A stretch of 64,000 nucleotides of DNA, from NCBI RefSeq assembly GCF_006345805.1, contig NC_043001.1:82336001-82400000 (forward strand), given 5' to 3'. The translations under genes and the position numbers were made by a program. Below, one piece after another: positions 26,924 to 38,906 of this stretch (the first letter of the stretch is position 1; every line of letters starts with the position of its first letter). This DNA is from Octopus sinensis (lineage: Eukaryota). Under the pieces are notes generated by a model, which was given only the letters and a program-made list of their open reading frames with translations, was not told the DNA's origin and made no database searches.

Positions 26924-28024
26924 ATGGAACGTTGATGGCATCCTTACTATCCAGGGACGAGACCATTAACATATACCGGACCTTCAATAACACCGACATA
27001 AACATCAAATTCGAAATTGAACATCCTGACAAATCCGGAACCCTTCCAATTCGAGATCACAGAGGAATGATCCATATTACCAAATTCTATAGACAAGCCG
27101 CTAATAGAAAACATTTCATCCACTATCAATCAGCTTTGCTCACCAGAGCCAAAGCATACGTGAAAAATTAGATTGCAGTATAAAAAATAATTGCAGCAAA
27201 GTGACCGACAAAGCCGTCAACACCAAGAAGTTCCTCAGAGACCTAACCCGGCATGGCTACCCACCATCTTTAGCTAAACAACGGCGCCTGAAGAACATCA
27301 AGGTCAATAAACCTCGGAAGAACCAGCATACTCCCAAGTCCGGCACGTGCTTCCTAAAGCTACCTCACTTTGACTACAGAACTACTGCAGCGATACAACA
27401 CGCAGTCCGCAGGGAAAGATCGACATACAGATAGTGCACACCGACACTTCCATGAGAAAATCTCTGTCCAAGAACAACACCTCTGACTACTCTGAGAAGT
27501 GCACATTGTCGAATCACCCCATCAATGACCCTGAATTGTGCCAGAGGACCTATGTCGTATATGAGATCATCTGTGGCAAATGTGGTGCATCCTACATCAG
27601 AAGTACAAGAAAACTGCATATACGCATTAAGGAACACATACGGACAGACATTTCCGTGAAGAAACATCTACAGAAATGCCAGACCCAGGAATTCACAGTG
27701 CACATCATGGCAACACAGTGGAACAGGGGCAACCTTAGAATTTCTGGGGCCATCCTAATACACCAAAAGAAACCCAAGATCAACAATAGAAGGGTGTTAC
27801 AGGAAGCTAGCTGGTTGCCATAGCAACACCCTACTGCGCATGTCCACTCCTCACACGCTCACACATACGGACATCGGCAACATTCATCAATTTCTTGAAA
27901 ATGGGGTTATAACCCCGAAATATTGAATACAAGGTAAGTCTACATTAATTCACATATTTGTTTTATTGTGATTTACCTTGCATTTACTTCGCATTGTTTT
28001 GGCCTTAGCCACGATCTTTTATAC

Positions 28025-28025
<1 letters not shown>
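26924..28025 (+). mobile_element. Penelope-like retroelement, 5'-truncated and decayed (RT thumb, GIY-YIG endonuclease, 3' pLTR)
   Basis: IKFEIEHPDKSGTLPI, TKFYRQ..HFIHYQS and LTRHGYP match the PLE RT C-terminus. CQRTYVVYEIICGKCGASYIRSTRKLHIRIKEH matches the PLE GIY-YIG domain. Stops and frameshifts are present, and (TA)n flanks both sides. Confidence 0.9.
27892..27927 (+). ncRNA. Decayed HHR-like motif in the PLE 3' end (UUGAAAA core)
   Basis: UUC-UUGAAAA-U-GGGG(UUAUAA)CCCC-GAAA-UAUU-GAA; stem I is only 3 bp. Confidence 0.45.
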
Positions 28026-28082
<57 letters not shown>

Positions 28083-28633
28083 TATATATATGATGTATAC
28101 GACGGGCTCCTTTCAGTTTCCGTCTACCACGCCTACTCACAAGACTTTACGGAAGACTATAGTAGAAAACATTTGAATAACGTGCCACTCAGTGGAACTA
28201 AACCCGGAACCACGTGGTTTGGAAGTAAACGTCTTGCTACACAACCACGTCTGCGCGACATGTTGAATTTTCTATCCGACACCAAGTACACTGTATGTAC
28301 CAACCTAATGGGACCGGCAGAGACTGTAAACACATTCCAACCTACGCTTCTGTTTCAATGAGTGTTTAAAGACTGGGAGTAGGAACCGTAGAAAGGAGAA
28401 AGTTTCGAAACGTTCATAGACTACAAAGGTTATCTTAGAAGCTGTATTTCATGATAGTAGTAGCTTTTGAGACATTCGTAATCGAACAAATGACCACCGA
28501 AGTTCGGGAGAAAGAACCGTAGAAGCGAGAAAATTTCGAACGTTCATTGATTAGGAAAGCTATCTTAGAAACTGTATTTCAACAAGATGGTAGTATAATA
28601 ATACTACCATTCGTAAATATACGAATGTCTTAT

Positions 28634-29084
28634 AGGCGTAGGAGTGGCTGTGTGGTAAGCAGCTTGCTTCCGAACCACATGGTTCTGGGTTCAGTTCCAC
28701 TGCGTGGCACCTTGGGCAAGTGTCTTCTACTATAGCCTCGGGCCGACTAAAGCCTTATGAGTAGATTTGGTAGACGGAAACTGAAAGAAGCCCGTCGTAT
28801 ATATGTATACACGCACACGCATACACACACACAAACTCACACACACACACACACATATATATATATAATTGTATGTGTGTGTGTCTGTGTTTGTCCCCCC
28901 AACATCGCTTGACAACCGATGCTGGTGTGTTTAAGTCCGCGTAACTTAGCGGTTCGGCAAAAAGTACTGATAGAAAAAGTACTAGGCTTACAAAGAATAA
29001 GTCCTAGGGTCGATTTGTTCGACTAAAGGCAGTGCTCCAGCATGGCCACAGTCAAATGACTGAAACAAGTAAAAGGGTAAAAAA
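28634..29084 (+). mobile_element. SINE family A, full length
   Basis: Best-preserved copy: tRNA-like head, internal microsatellite, body and aaaag tail. Confidence 0.92.
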
Positions 29085-29697
29085 GTTATACATCCTTGAA
29101 CAAATATTCACCCTTGAACGGCTAGAGAAAGATAAATATAGAAGAGTTTTGTTATATTAGTGCAGACGAAAGCTGGAAGCAAATCGTGCTTAGAATGTGA
29201 ATTAACGAACTCTGAGTTGCATGATTCGAAAAAGAGCAAGAACTTGTTAACAAATGGAAAGGAAGAAAGACTATAACTGCGGGGGAGTTACAACTGTTCA
29301 GACAGTAAAACGACTGACGTCTCTACTCGAAATTATTTAGAGTTCACTTGTTTTTTTTTTTGTTTTTTTTTTTGTCTAATTTTTATTTTTTGCATCCCTT
29401 ATCAATTCAGGACAATAAAAGAAATTGCAGTCTTAAGCGTTAGCTTTTTATCAGTGTTCCTTGGTTTTATCCAACGCTGAAATATTGAAATGCATTGGAA
29501 TATCTGTGTGTTTTGTTTTCAATTCTGTGACAAAAGATGGTGGCTTTCCATGTCACATGTTGGAAAATGTTTCATTAGCAATAACAGCAATAGCAGTAAC
29601 AGCAGCAGCAGCAGCAGTATCTACATTAACGACGACAACAGCAACAACTACAAATTAACAACAATGTAGTACTAAATACCATTAACAAATACAAATG

Positions 29698-29985
29698 GCG
29701 TAGTAGTAGTAGTAGTAGTAGTAGTAGAACAAGAAGAAGACGAAGAAGACGAAGAAGAAGACGAAGAAGAAGACGAAGAAGAAGAAGAAGAAGAAGAAGA
29801 AGAAGAAGAAGAAGAAGAAGAAGAAGAAGAAGAAGAAGACGAAGAAGAAGAAGAAGAAAATTTAGAAAACGAAGAAGATTTAGAAAACGAAGAAGGTGGA
29901 GGGAATGGGAAGAAAGAAAGCACGAAAGAAAGAAAGAGAGAATGGAAGGAAGGAAGGAAGGAAGAAAGAAAGAAAGAAGGAAAGA
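29698..29985. repeat. (AGT)n/(GAA)n/(GAAA)n compound microsatellite
   Basis: Direct reading. Confidence 0.95.
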
Positions 29986-30329
29986 AAAAGGAGCTGTTTA
30001 CTGTATTTAGTAGATAAGTGCAGGTATTAAAAAAAGTCTGGAATAAGCCATAAATATATTTTTCTCCTTCTCCTGTAATATATTCTTCACTCATTTACTG
30101 CTAGTAATAATGTATCTTATATTGACCAATTCCTCAATACTATGCCTCTTATATATTCTTACGAGTAGCTTATAAGTATTTTGTATTTAATGGCCAAATA
30201 AAATACAGTTGCATTAGAAAGAATCGACGGTAAACTAATAGCTGAAAAATGTTTTAAGAGATATTCCTGTTTTGAAAATGAATGCCTTTTCCATTTGATT
30301 TCATTTATTTATTTAACTATTTATTTATG

Positions 30330-30392
<63 letters not shown>

Positions 30393-30491
30393 TATTAATT
30401 ATTATTATTAATTATTATAATTATTATTATTATTATTATATTATTATTATTATTATTATTATATTAGTATGTTGTTTGTTGTTTTTGTTTG

Positions 30492-30531
<40 letters not shown>

Positions 30532-30569
30532 CTTTATCATCATCATCATCATCATCACATTGTTCTTCA

Positions 30570-30656
<87 letters not shown>

Positions 30657-30690
30657 TCTTTATCATCATCATCATCATCATTGTTCTTCA

Positions 30691-30738
<48 letters not shown>

Positions 30739-30760
30739 CATTATTATTATCATTCTTCTT

Positions 30761-30842
<82 letters not shown>

Positions 30843-30846
30843 TTAT
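30330..30846. repeat. (ATT)n-dominated trinucleotide array with a ~125-bp higher-order duplication
   Basis: tctttatcatcatc...cattgttcttcatattatt occurs at ~30531 and ~30656. Confidence 0.9.
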
Positions 30847-31558
30847 TTGTTTAGTAGTTTTAGTCTTTCACTCTGCTTTATAAAGTCTAATATCTTTTGA
30901 TTCTTCCATCTACTGTGTTCCATCTATTCCTTGGCCAAGTCTTTTAACTGATATCTCTCACCCCCACTCTCTCTCCCTCTCTCTTATTACTTTTTTTTTC
31001 CCACATCCTAATCTTAATTTCGAGATGGTCGCTTTTCTTATATTTACTTCCATCTCATTTTATTCTCTTTTCTTTTATTTTTATCTTTATTTGCTTATTT
31101 GTTTATTTATCTATTTATTTATTTATTTTTGCATTCAGTCTTTTACCTTCTCAGAAGGAAGTGTTCAATGTTTCTCCCCCCACCCCCCATTTACGAATCC
31201 TCTCTTTTTCTATCACTCTCTCTCTCTCTTTCTGTCTCTCTCTGTCTTTCCCTTTCTCAATCGCTGTCTACTTATCTGTCTATCCATTTGTTTTTCACTC
31301 TCCCCTTCACACACACAAGCACACACACACACAACACACACACACACACCACAGACACACACACACACAGACACAAACACACACACACAACACACCACTA
31401 TATTATATAATATATATTATTACTCGCTGTGTCAGCTTGTGTGTGTGTATGTATATATATATATTATATATGTATGTGAGTGTGTGTAATATACATGTAT
31501 ATGTATTATGCATTATATAAGCATACATATATTCGTATATATATGTGCATATGTATGC

Positions 31559-31615
<57 letters not shown>

Positions 31616-31678
31616 CTTGTTGATCATTACCAATAATGGAACAGGTACACTCTGTGTGTGTTTGTACACACATCATAC

Positions 31679-31744
<66 letters not shown>

Positions 31745-32029
31745 TATATATATATATATAATATATATACACATATTACTCACAATTTTTCTCTCTCTCT
31801 TCTTTTACTTCCTCCGCTGTCTATAGTAATATTCTTCTGTAAGTCATCTTTCGAGCTAACAGATTTTCATCTGCCACCATGACAACGTTACATAACATAT
31901 AACCACAGATAGATTTTCTTCTTTAAAGACAGAACCATTTATTGAAAGCGTTTGGCTATAATCGAATGAATTGATTACAATATATTACCGATATTGATTA
32001 CAATATATTTTCTTTCACTTGTTTAAGGC

Positions 32030-32264
32030 AATGGACTGCAGCCATGCTGGGGTACCGTTTTAAAGGGCTTCGGTGGAACGAACTGATATCAGATGTCTTC
32101 TTTTTCTATTTTGTTAAATCTGGTGCTTATCCTCTATCTCTCTTTTGTGCAACCGCTAAATTAGGGGGATATAAAAAACAGACAGTGGCTGTCAAGTGGT
32201 GGGGGAAGAAGCACAAGCACAAAGACACAGTCATACTCGCAAACACACACACACACACACCACA

Positions 32265-32313
<49 letters not shown>

Positions 32314-32526
32314 ATATATATATATAGATATCTATGAATATAATATATCTATAGCACGTATACGACGGGCCTCTTTCAGTTTCCGTCTACCAAATCCACT
32401 CACAAGGCTTTGGTCGGCCCGAGGCTATAGTAGAAGACACTTGCGCAAGGTGCCACGCAGTGGGAACCGACCCGGAACCATGTGGTTTCTAAGCAAGATA
32501 CTTACCACGCAGCCACTCCTACGCCT
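32030..32526 (-). mobile_element. SINE family A
   Basis: Reverse-strand head and body. Confidence 0.88.
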
Positions 32527-33053
32527 ATGTATATATATATATTCATACGACTGGCTTCTTTCAGTTTTCGTCTATCAAATACCCTCAAAACATTTAGCTA
32601 TCCGGGGCTATCGTAGATTATATTTGCCCAAAAATGCCGAGCGATTGGATTGGCCGCAGAATGTGGTCGGGAAGCAAACATCTTACTACAAAGCCATGTC
32701 TATTACTGCGCCTATTCCCAATATTTATGTAAGTTAGCCCTCGGAAGTGAAAGATGAATTTTACTTTAGAATAACTTGCAAATGGAATATACAACGAATG
32801 AAAAATGAATTTATAGAATCCATTTGACCAAATGCAGAATCCTTGGATTTGAAGGAATATCATATTCATGTCTATTCTAAAAATATTAGTCAGCTTAGAA
32901 CAGTAGTTTTCAACCGGGGTCCACATGGGCCTTGTTGGCGGTTCATACAAGATTTTGGTGTTAACATTTATGTGCAATAAATTGATTATATTTTTAAGTA
33001 TTTGTTATGCCAGTTACCTGATGTGAAATCATATGCTAAAACAGGATTGTTAT

Positions 33054-33444
33054 ATTTCGGGACGGTAATTTTTTTTTTTTTTTGCCAAATAAACACATGC
33101 GCTATATATTCGTTCTTCTCTTCAGGATTATTATTGTTCTTATTTTTGTATCTTTTGTCCTAAATCTTTCATCATACGTCATGTGACCGCTTCAGCGACT
33201 TTCCATCCCAAGTGTCTCCTTCCGTTCTGTTTAGTCCACCATAGAAAGACAGAATGGACTAAACAAAACAGGAGAAGACACGTGAGATGGAGGATTGCTG
33301 AAGCAGTCACAGGATGTATGACGAATGATTTAAGACAAAAGACACAAAATAAGAACAATAATGATTCTGAAGAGAAGAACGAATATACAGTGCATGTGTT
33401 TATTTGGCAAAAAATAAAAAAAGAAAAAGTGACCGTCCCGAAAT
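33054..33444. mobile_element. Foldback MITE with ~185-bp imperfect arms and a 16-nt loop
   Basis: 33054-33238 pairs with 33255-33444 (atttcgggacggt / accgtcccgaaat; ttcgttcttctcttcag / ctgaagagaagaacgaa). Confidence 0.85.
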
Positions 33445-33889
33445 TTAGCAAATTACTTATATTTCTACAAGGCACAAAATATTTTAAGTTTTTATTATTC
33501 AGTTCTTAATATTATTTAATTGTAAAAAATACAGGAATTTTATAATTAAATGGCTATGGAGGCCCAGTAGAGTAACATAGGGACATTTGTACTGAAATTC
33601 GAGATCGAGCAAGCTTTTGCCCTTTTGGTCGACGTGTGGTTTCCGTCCACGCTGAGCTCGCCTGGGTCGTTAGGCAAAAAATGGTTGAGAAATATTTGCT
33701 TAGAACAGCTACATCAATAGTCACTGGAAGTTAATAGAGTAAGTAATCCATCAGATGTACGTATCTTTTAAATTCTCTCTGTTGATCGGCATATGTCTTC
33801 ATAGAAATCGATATTGATTTTATTATTTACATAATTGGAGGCGGTGAGCTAGGTTGAATCGTTCGCGCGTCGAAAAAATACTTTGCGCT

Positions 33890-34108
33890 ATTTATTGGTT
33901 TCAAATTTTGGCCCAAGGCCAATTATTTTTGGTGAGTGGTAAGTCATTTACATCGATCCCAGCGTTAAAATTGTACTTATATTATCGACCCAGAAGGATA
34001 TAACGCAAAGTCAACCTTGGCGAAATTTGAACGCAGAACGTAAGGACGGACGAAATGCCGCGAAGCATTTTGCCCGGCGTGCTGATGATTCTGCCAGCTC
34101 GCCGCCTT
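33890..34108 (-). mobile_element. SINE family B
   Basis: The tRNA-like head is at the right end (reverse complement of aaggcggcgagctggcagaatc). Confidence 0.85.
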
Positions 34109-34139
34109 CTTTGCACTATTTATCATAATTCTTTATGCG

Positions 34140-34355
34140 AAGGCGGCAAGATAACAGAATCGTTAGCACGCCGGGAAAAATGCTTACGGTATTTCTTCGT
34201 CTGTACATTCTGCGTTCAAATTCCGCCGAGGTCGACTTTACTTTCATCCTTTCGGGGTCGATAAATTAAGTACCAGTTACGCACTGGGGTCGATGTAATC
34301 GACTATACTCCTCCCCAAAATTTCTGGCCTTGGGCCTATAGTAGAAAGGATTATG
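34140..34355 (+). mobile_element. SINE family B, full length
   Basis: Head aaggcggc...gaatcgttagcacgccggg...gttcaaattccgccgagg, body gtcgactttactttcatcctttcggggtcgataaa. Confidence 0.88.
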
Positions 34356-34734
34356 ATTTTTATGTTCTGAATTCAAATGTTACAGTGGTTGATTTTGCCT
34401 TTCATTCTTGATATAAGTACCAGTCGAGCTCGGGGGGTTGGATTGACTTAATCGACTAGAACCTTCCCTAAAATTTCAGGCATTTATCACAAATGTAGTA
34501 AGCTGGTTGAAACGCTAGAGCGTCGGACTTATATGCTTAGCGGCATTTCTTCTGAGTCTACGTTTTGAATGCAAATATAACTGAAGCTAACTTCGCCTTT
34601 CGTAAACAACGGGAGGAAAATGGCAAACAGGACGTATATATATCTAGCTACGTAAATGTTTTTTAACACCTTAGTCACATTTAGTGACATTTATAATATA
34701 GTGACAGACATTGCAATCTGTTGTTTATATTAAT

Positions 34735-34995
34735 TGCGTATATTCTTTTATTTGTTTCAAGCAATCGACTGCGGCCATGCTGGAGCACCGTCTTTAGTCG
34801 AGCAAACCGCCCCCAGGACTTATTCTTTGTAAGCTTAGTACTTATTCTATCGGTGTCTTTTTGCCGAACCGCTACGTTACGGGGAAGGAAACACACCAAC
34901 ATCGGTTGTCAAGCGATAGTGGTGGGACAAACACAGACACACACAAACGCACAGAAACATACACACATATGTGCACAAACACACACACACACACA

Positions 34996-35026
<31 letters not shown>

Positions 35027-35175
35027 CGTATATACGACGAGCTTTTCCCAGTTTCCTTCTACCACAAGGTTTTGGTCAGGCAGAGTCGATAGTAGAAGAC
35101 ACTTGCTCAAGATGACATGCCGTGGGACTGAACCCGGAACCATGTGGTCGGGAAGCAAGCTTCTCACCGCGCAAA
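34735..35175 (-). mobile_element. SINE family A
   Basis: Reverse-strand match. Confidence 0.85.
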
Positions 35176-35215
35176 CATGAAACAGCTGTAATGAGCTGAC
35201 AATTATCCATCGTCT

Positions 35216-35390
35216 ATCATTTACATTATTTACATTTGATGGATATTTGTCCTCATCTTGTTTGTTGTTAACACGACGTTTCGGCTGATACACCCTCCAG
35301 CCTTCATTAGATGTCTTGGGGGAAATTCCGAACCTCGATTCTCATTCCTAAGGTATTTTTCGATGTTGTTATCATTATCATTATCATTAA

Positions 35391-35445
<55 letters not shown>

Positions 35446-35588
35446 TTATTATTATTATTCAGGTCACTGCTTGGAATCGAACTCGGAATCTTGGAGTTAG
35501 TAGCCGAACAAGATGAGGACAAATATCCGTCAAATGTAAATAATGTAAATAATGTACATAATTCCTCATCTCTTAAACATAGGACTGT
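35216..35588 (-). mobile_element. tRNA-headed SINE-like insertion with an HHR-bearing PLE-type tail and an inverted 3' copy
   Basis: The minus strand has a B-box gagttcgattcc, an (AAT)n linker and an HHR motif. A 44-bp inverted repeat joins 35219-35262 and 35507-35550. The TSD is atta(t/c)ccatcgtct at 35202-35215 and 35589-35602. Confidence 0.75.
35270..35315 (-). ncRNA. Minimal type I hammerhead motif (G5A in this copy)
   Basis: GACAU-CUAAUGA-A-GGCUG(GAGGGUGUAU)CAGCC-GAAA-CG-UC/GUGUU, with a 5-bp stem I, a 5-bp stem II and a palindromic ACGU stem III. Confidence 0.65.
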
Positions 35589-35606
35589 ATTACCCATCGT
35601 CTGTTA

Positions 35607-35641
<35 letters not shown>

Positions 35642-36113
35642 AATATATAAAAGCACACATGGTTTTTCAGACTACGTGCGCTTGTTTATGCTTCGTTTAG
35701 CTCGTATCAAGTTGCTAAACAACCATGCTGACCTAACCAACTTTAATATTTCGGCCGTGAAACCTTAAGGAGCTGAATTTTATATGGCTTCGTGTAGTTT
35801 TTATTAATATTAGCTTATATCATCTCTCGTCACTTTACTGATCAATTGCTCTATTGCTTGTTCAACTTCATACCACGTGTACACACGCCCGCACAACAAA
35901 CACGCGCGCGCGCACACACACACACCACACACACAAACACACACCACACACACACACACTCATTGGTTTCAAATTTTCCACAACAGCGACCCCAGTGCTC
36001 AAAACTAGTTCTTATTTTATCAACCTAGAAAGGATGAAAAGCAAAGTCGACTCCAGCTGAATTTGAACTCAGAATGTAATGCTGAGTGTGTTAACGATTC
36101 TGCTAGTTTCCCG

Positions 36114-36153
<40 letters not shown>

Positions 36154-36759
36154 TGTCTCCTTAAGCATATGTTTGAAGGTTAAGTCCATGCTTATGTACA
36201 CGTGTGTGTACGAATGATGGATGGTGTGTGCATATATAATACACACCACAGTGTGTTCATTGTTAAATGTTACTTTTTACTGTATACATTTTCGAATCCA
36301 TCTCTGTTTACATTCCACCATAAACAAAACAGCGAAAAACAAACGTAACAATAACGTTAAAGTATTGGTTAATAGTGTAAGGAGGTGGTAATGGGGCGAG
36401 AAAGGACTTTGGTACTGTTTGTACACAAGAACAACGGTGAAACATTAACTGCAGGCTTCAAGCTGAGAAAACAATCGATCGGTAGATATCGTATATACTG
36501 CAATACTACGAAAAGAACAACTAAAATATTACTTGTATATCTCTCTGCTTGTGTAGAGAAGTAAAGTAAATGTAAATAGAGACTGCTTGCTTGAAGCCAA
36601 ATATTTTTGTACGAGTGGTCGGTCGTTTGGTGGTGGGGGTGGAGTGAAATAAAGAATATTCACGAATGCTCTCGAATAAATCAGAATGATTTCATTGTTT
36701 TGATTTTTCATATCATTAATTTAACCATTGTTTGTTTGTTCTTTGGTTTCTTTTTAGAA

Positions 36760-37432
36760 TTTACTTGTTACCTTTCACCTTTGAACTTTCACTTGCTTCA
36801 GTCATTTTTACTACGGCAATCTTTGGGCACCGCCTTGAAGGGTTTTAGTGGAACAAATCGACCCTAGGACTTATTAATTTCTGAAGCCTAGCACTTATTC
36901 TATCGGTCTTATTTGCTGAACCTCTAGATTACGGGGACATAAACACATCACCACCGGTTGTCAAGCGGTGAGGGTGACAAACACACTTACTGACACACAC
37001 ATACACACAGATATATACATACATATATAGATATATACTGTTGCAATTATGCAAAAGTGTCGTAAGTCCAAAATTTTTGCTTTTTCAGAAAACGAAAAAA
37101 TAGTTTCACCATTCCATAGAAAAACTGTTGTACTACATTTTGACAATTTTTGATATCTTAGCATATGAAGCAGCAGGAGATACGATAGTTTGACCAAAAC
37201 AAGCAGCTATTGCAAGTAAAAATAAATATGGAAAATAACGCATTTGGCCAAATTTGGACACACGACAGTTTAACATAATAGCAACGATATGTATAGGACG
37301 GGCTTCCTTCAGTTTCCCGTCTACCAAATCTACTCACAAGGCTACAGTGAAAGACAATTGCCCAAGATGCCATGCAGTGAGACTGAACCTGGAACCATGT
37401 GGTTGAAAAACAAGCTTCTTAACACACAGCCG
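36760..37432 (-). mobile_element. SINE family A interrupted by a MITE
   Basis: The tail and body (36760-36990) and the head (37290-37432) are separated by an insertion. Confidence 0.75.
37038..37287. mobile_element. MITE with ~40-bp imperfect TIRs, nested in a SINE microsatellite
   Basis: gttgcaattatgcaaaagtgtcgtaagtccaaaattt versus aaatttggacacacgacagtttaacataatagcaac. Confidence 0.65.
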
Positions 37433-37927
37433 GAGCCTTCATTTGATCCTTAGCCATCGTTATTTTTAAAATCTTTTATTGTTTTACCTGTTTTAGACAT
37501 TGGACCGTGGCCTTGCTGGAGAACCATATCTAGACAACGTATCAGAATTACCAAATGGCAATGAAGATCAACATCCGATTGAACGCTGTTAAAACTCATC
37601 CAACGAACAAGCGGTGATGCTAAACTGATTGTATAATCATATTGTTTTCAGTTCTATTAATACTTATGTAACGATTACGGAAGTACGAACTCGATTAAAA
37701 TCAATATGAAAAATCGTTAAGAGGAAACTATTTCTATGCTTAGACGGGAAGAAAGAAAGGATAAACAATTAAATGTAATGATAAACAATACACAAGGTCA
37801 TAAATTATGTTCTTAATATTGAAAAGAAAAAAAAAAAAGAACTGGAAACATGATCTTTCCATATTAAAAAGTACTTGACTCGTGGGTCAATGACTTTGTT
37901 ATTCCATACAAGGAATTTATATAACTT

Positions 37928-38268
37928 AAACTGGCACTCCGTCGGTTTCGACGACGAGGGTTCTAATTGATCCGATAAAAAAAAAACACCCCCAAAAATA
38001 GCCTGATCGTGAAATCAATGTGCAAGTGGCAGAGCATTCCATAGACACGCGTGCCCTTAATGTAGTTCTCAGAGAGATTCAGCGTGACACATAATGTGAC
38101 AAGGCTGGCCCCTTTGAAATACAGGCATGATTAATTTTTGCAAGCTGAGTGGACTGGAGCAACGTGAAATAAAGTGTCCCACCCAAGGACACAACTCCCC
38201 GCCAGGAATCGACCCCAGGGCCCTATTTCCGTGAGCCTAATACGCTAACCCAGGCATGCGCCTTCACA
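37928..38268 (-). mobile_element. SINE family C
   Basis: tRNA-like head at the right end; colinear with 4085-4320. Confidence 0.8.
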
Positions 38269-38312
38269 GGCATTTGAATATGCTTGTGTGTGTGTGTTTT
38301 GTTTGCTTGTGT

Positions 38313-38359
<47 letters not shown>

Positions 38360-38479
38360 CACATACACACACACACGTATAAATACGCACATACACACAC
38401 ACACATATTGATACACATGCACTCACGCATACGCACACGCACACACACACACGCACACACACATACACACATATTTAGT

Positions 38480-38780
38480 TTATCTTAAACTTGTTTCAGT
38501 CATTGGACTACGGTCATGCTGGAGTACAGCTTTGTATGTTTGAGTCGAATAAATCGATACCAGTAAATGTTTTTTTTTTTAAATTCCGATATTTATACTA
38601 TCGGTGTTTTTTGCCGAACCGCTAGGTTACAGGGACGTAATAAACCAACACAGGATTTCAAGCAGTGGGTGTGTGCAAACAAACACGCAGAAATACGCCC
38701 GCGCGCACATACGCACTCATGCACACACGCTCACACGACGGACCACCACATGGTTTCAGTCAACTAAATTTACTCACAAA
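38480..38780 (-). mobile_element. SINE family A, partial and diverged
   Basis: Reverse-strand body and tail. Confidence 0.7.
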
Positions 38781-38796
38781 GCGGCTGTTGCTGCTG

Positions 38797-38834
<38 letters not shown>

Positions 38835-38874
38835 GCCGCAGCCGTCGCCGCTGCTGCTACTACTACTACTACTA

Positions 38875-38906
<32 letters not shown>

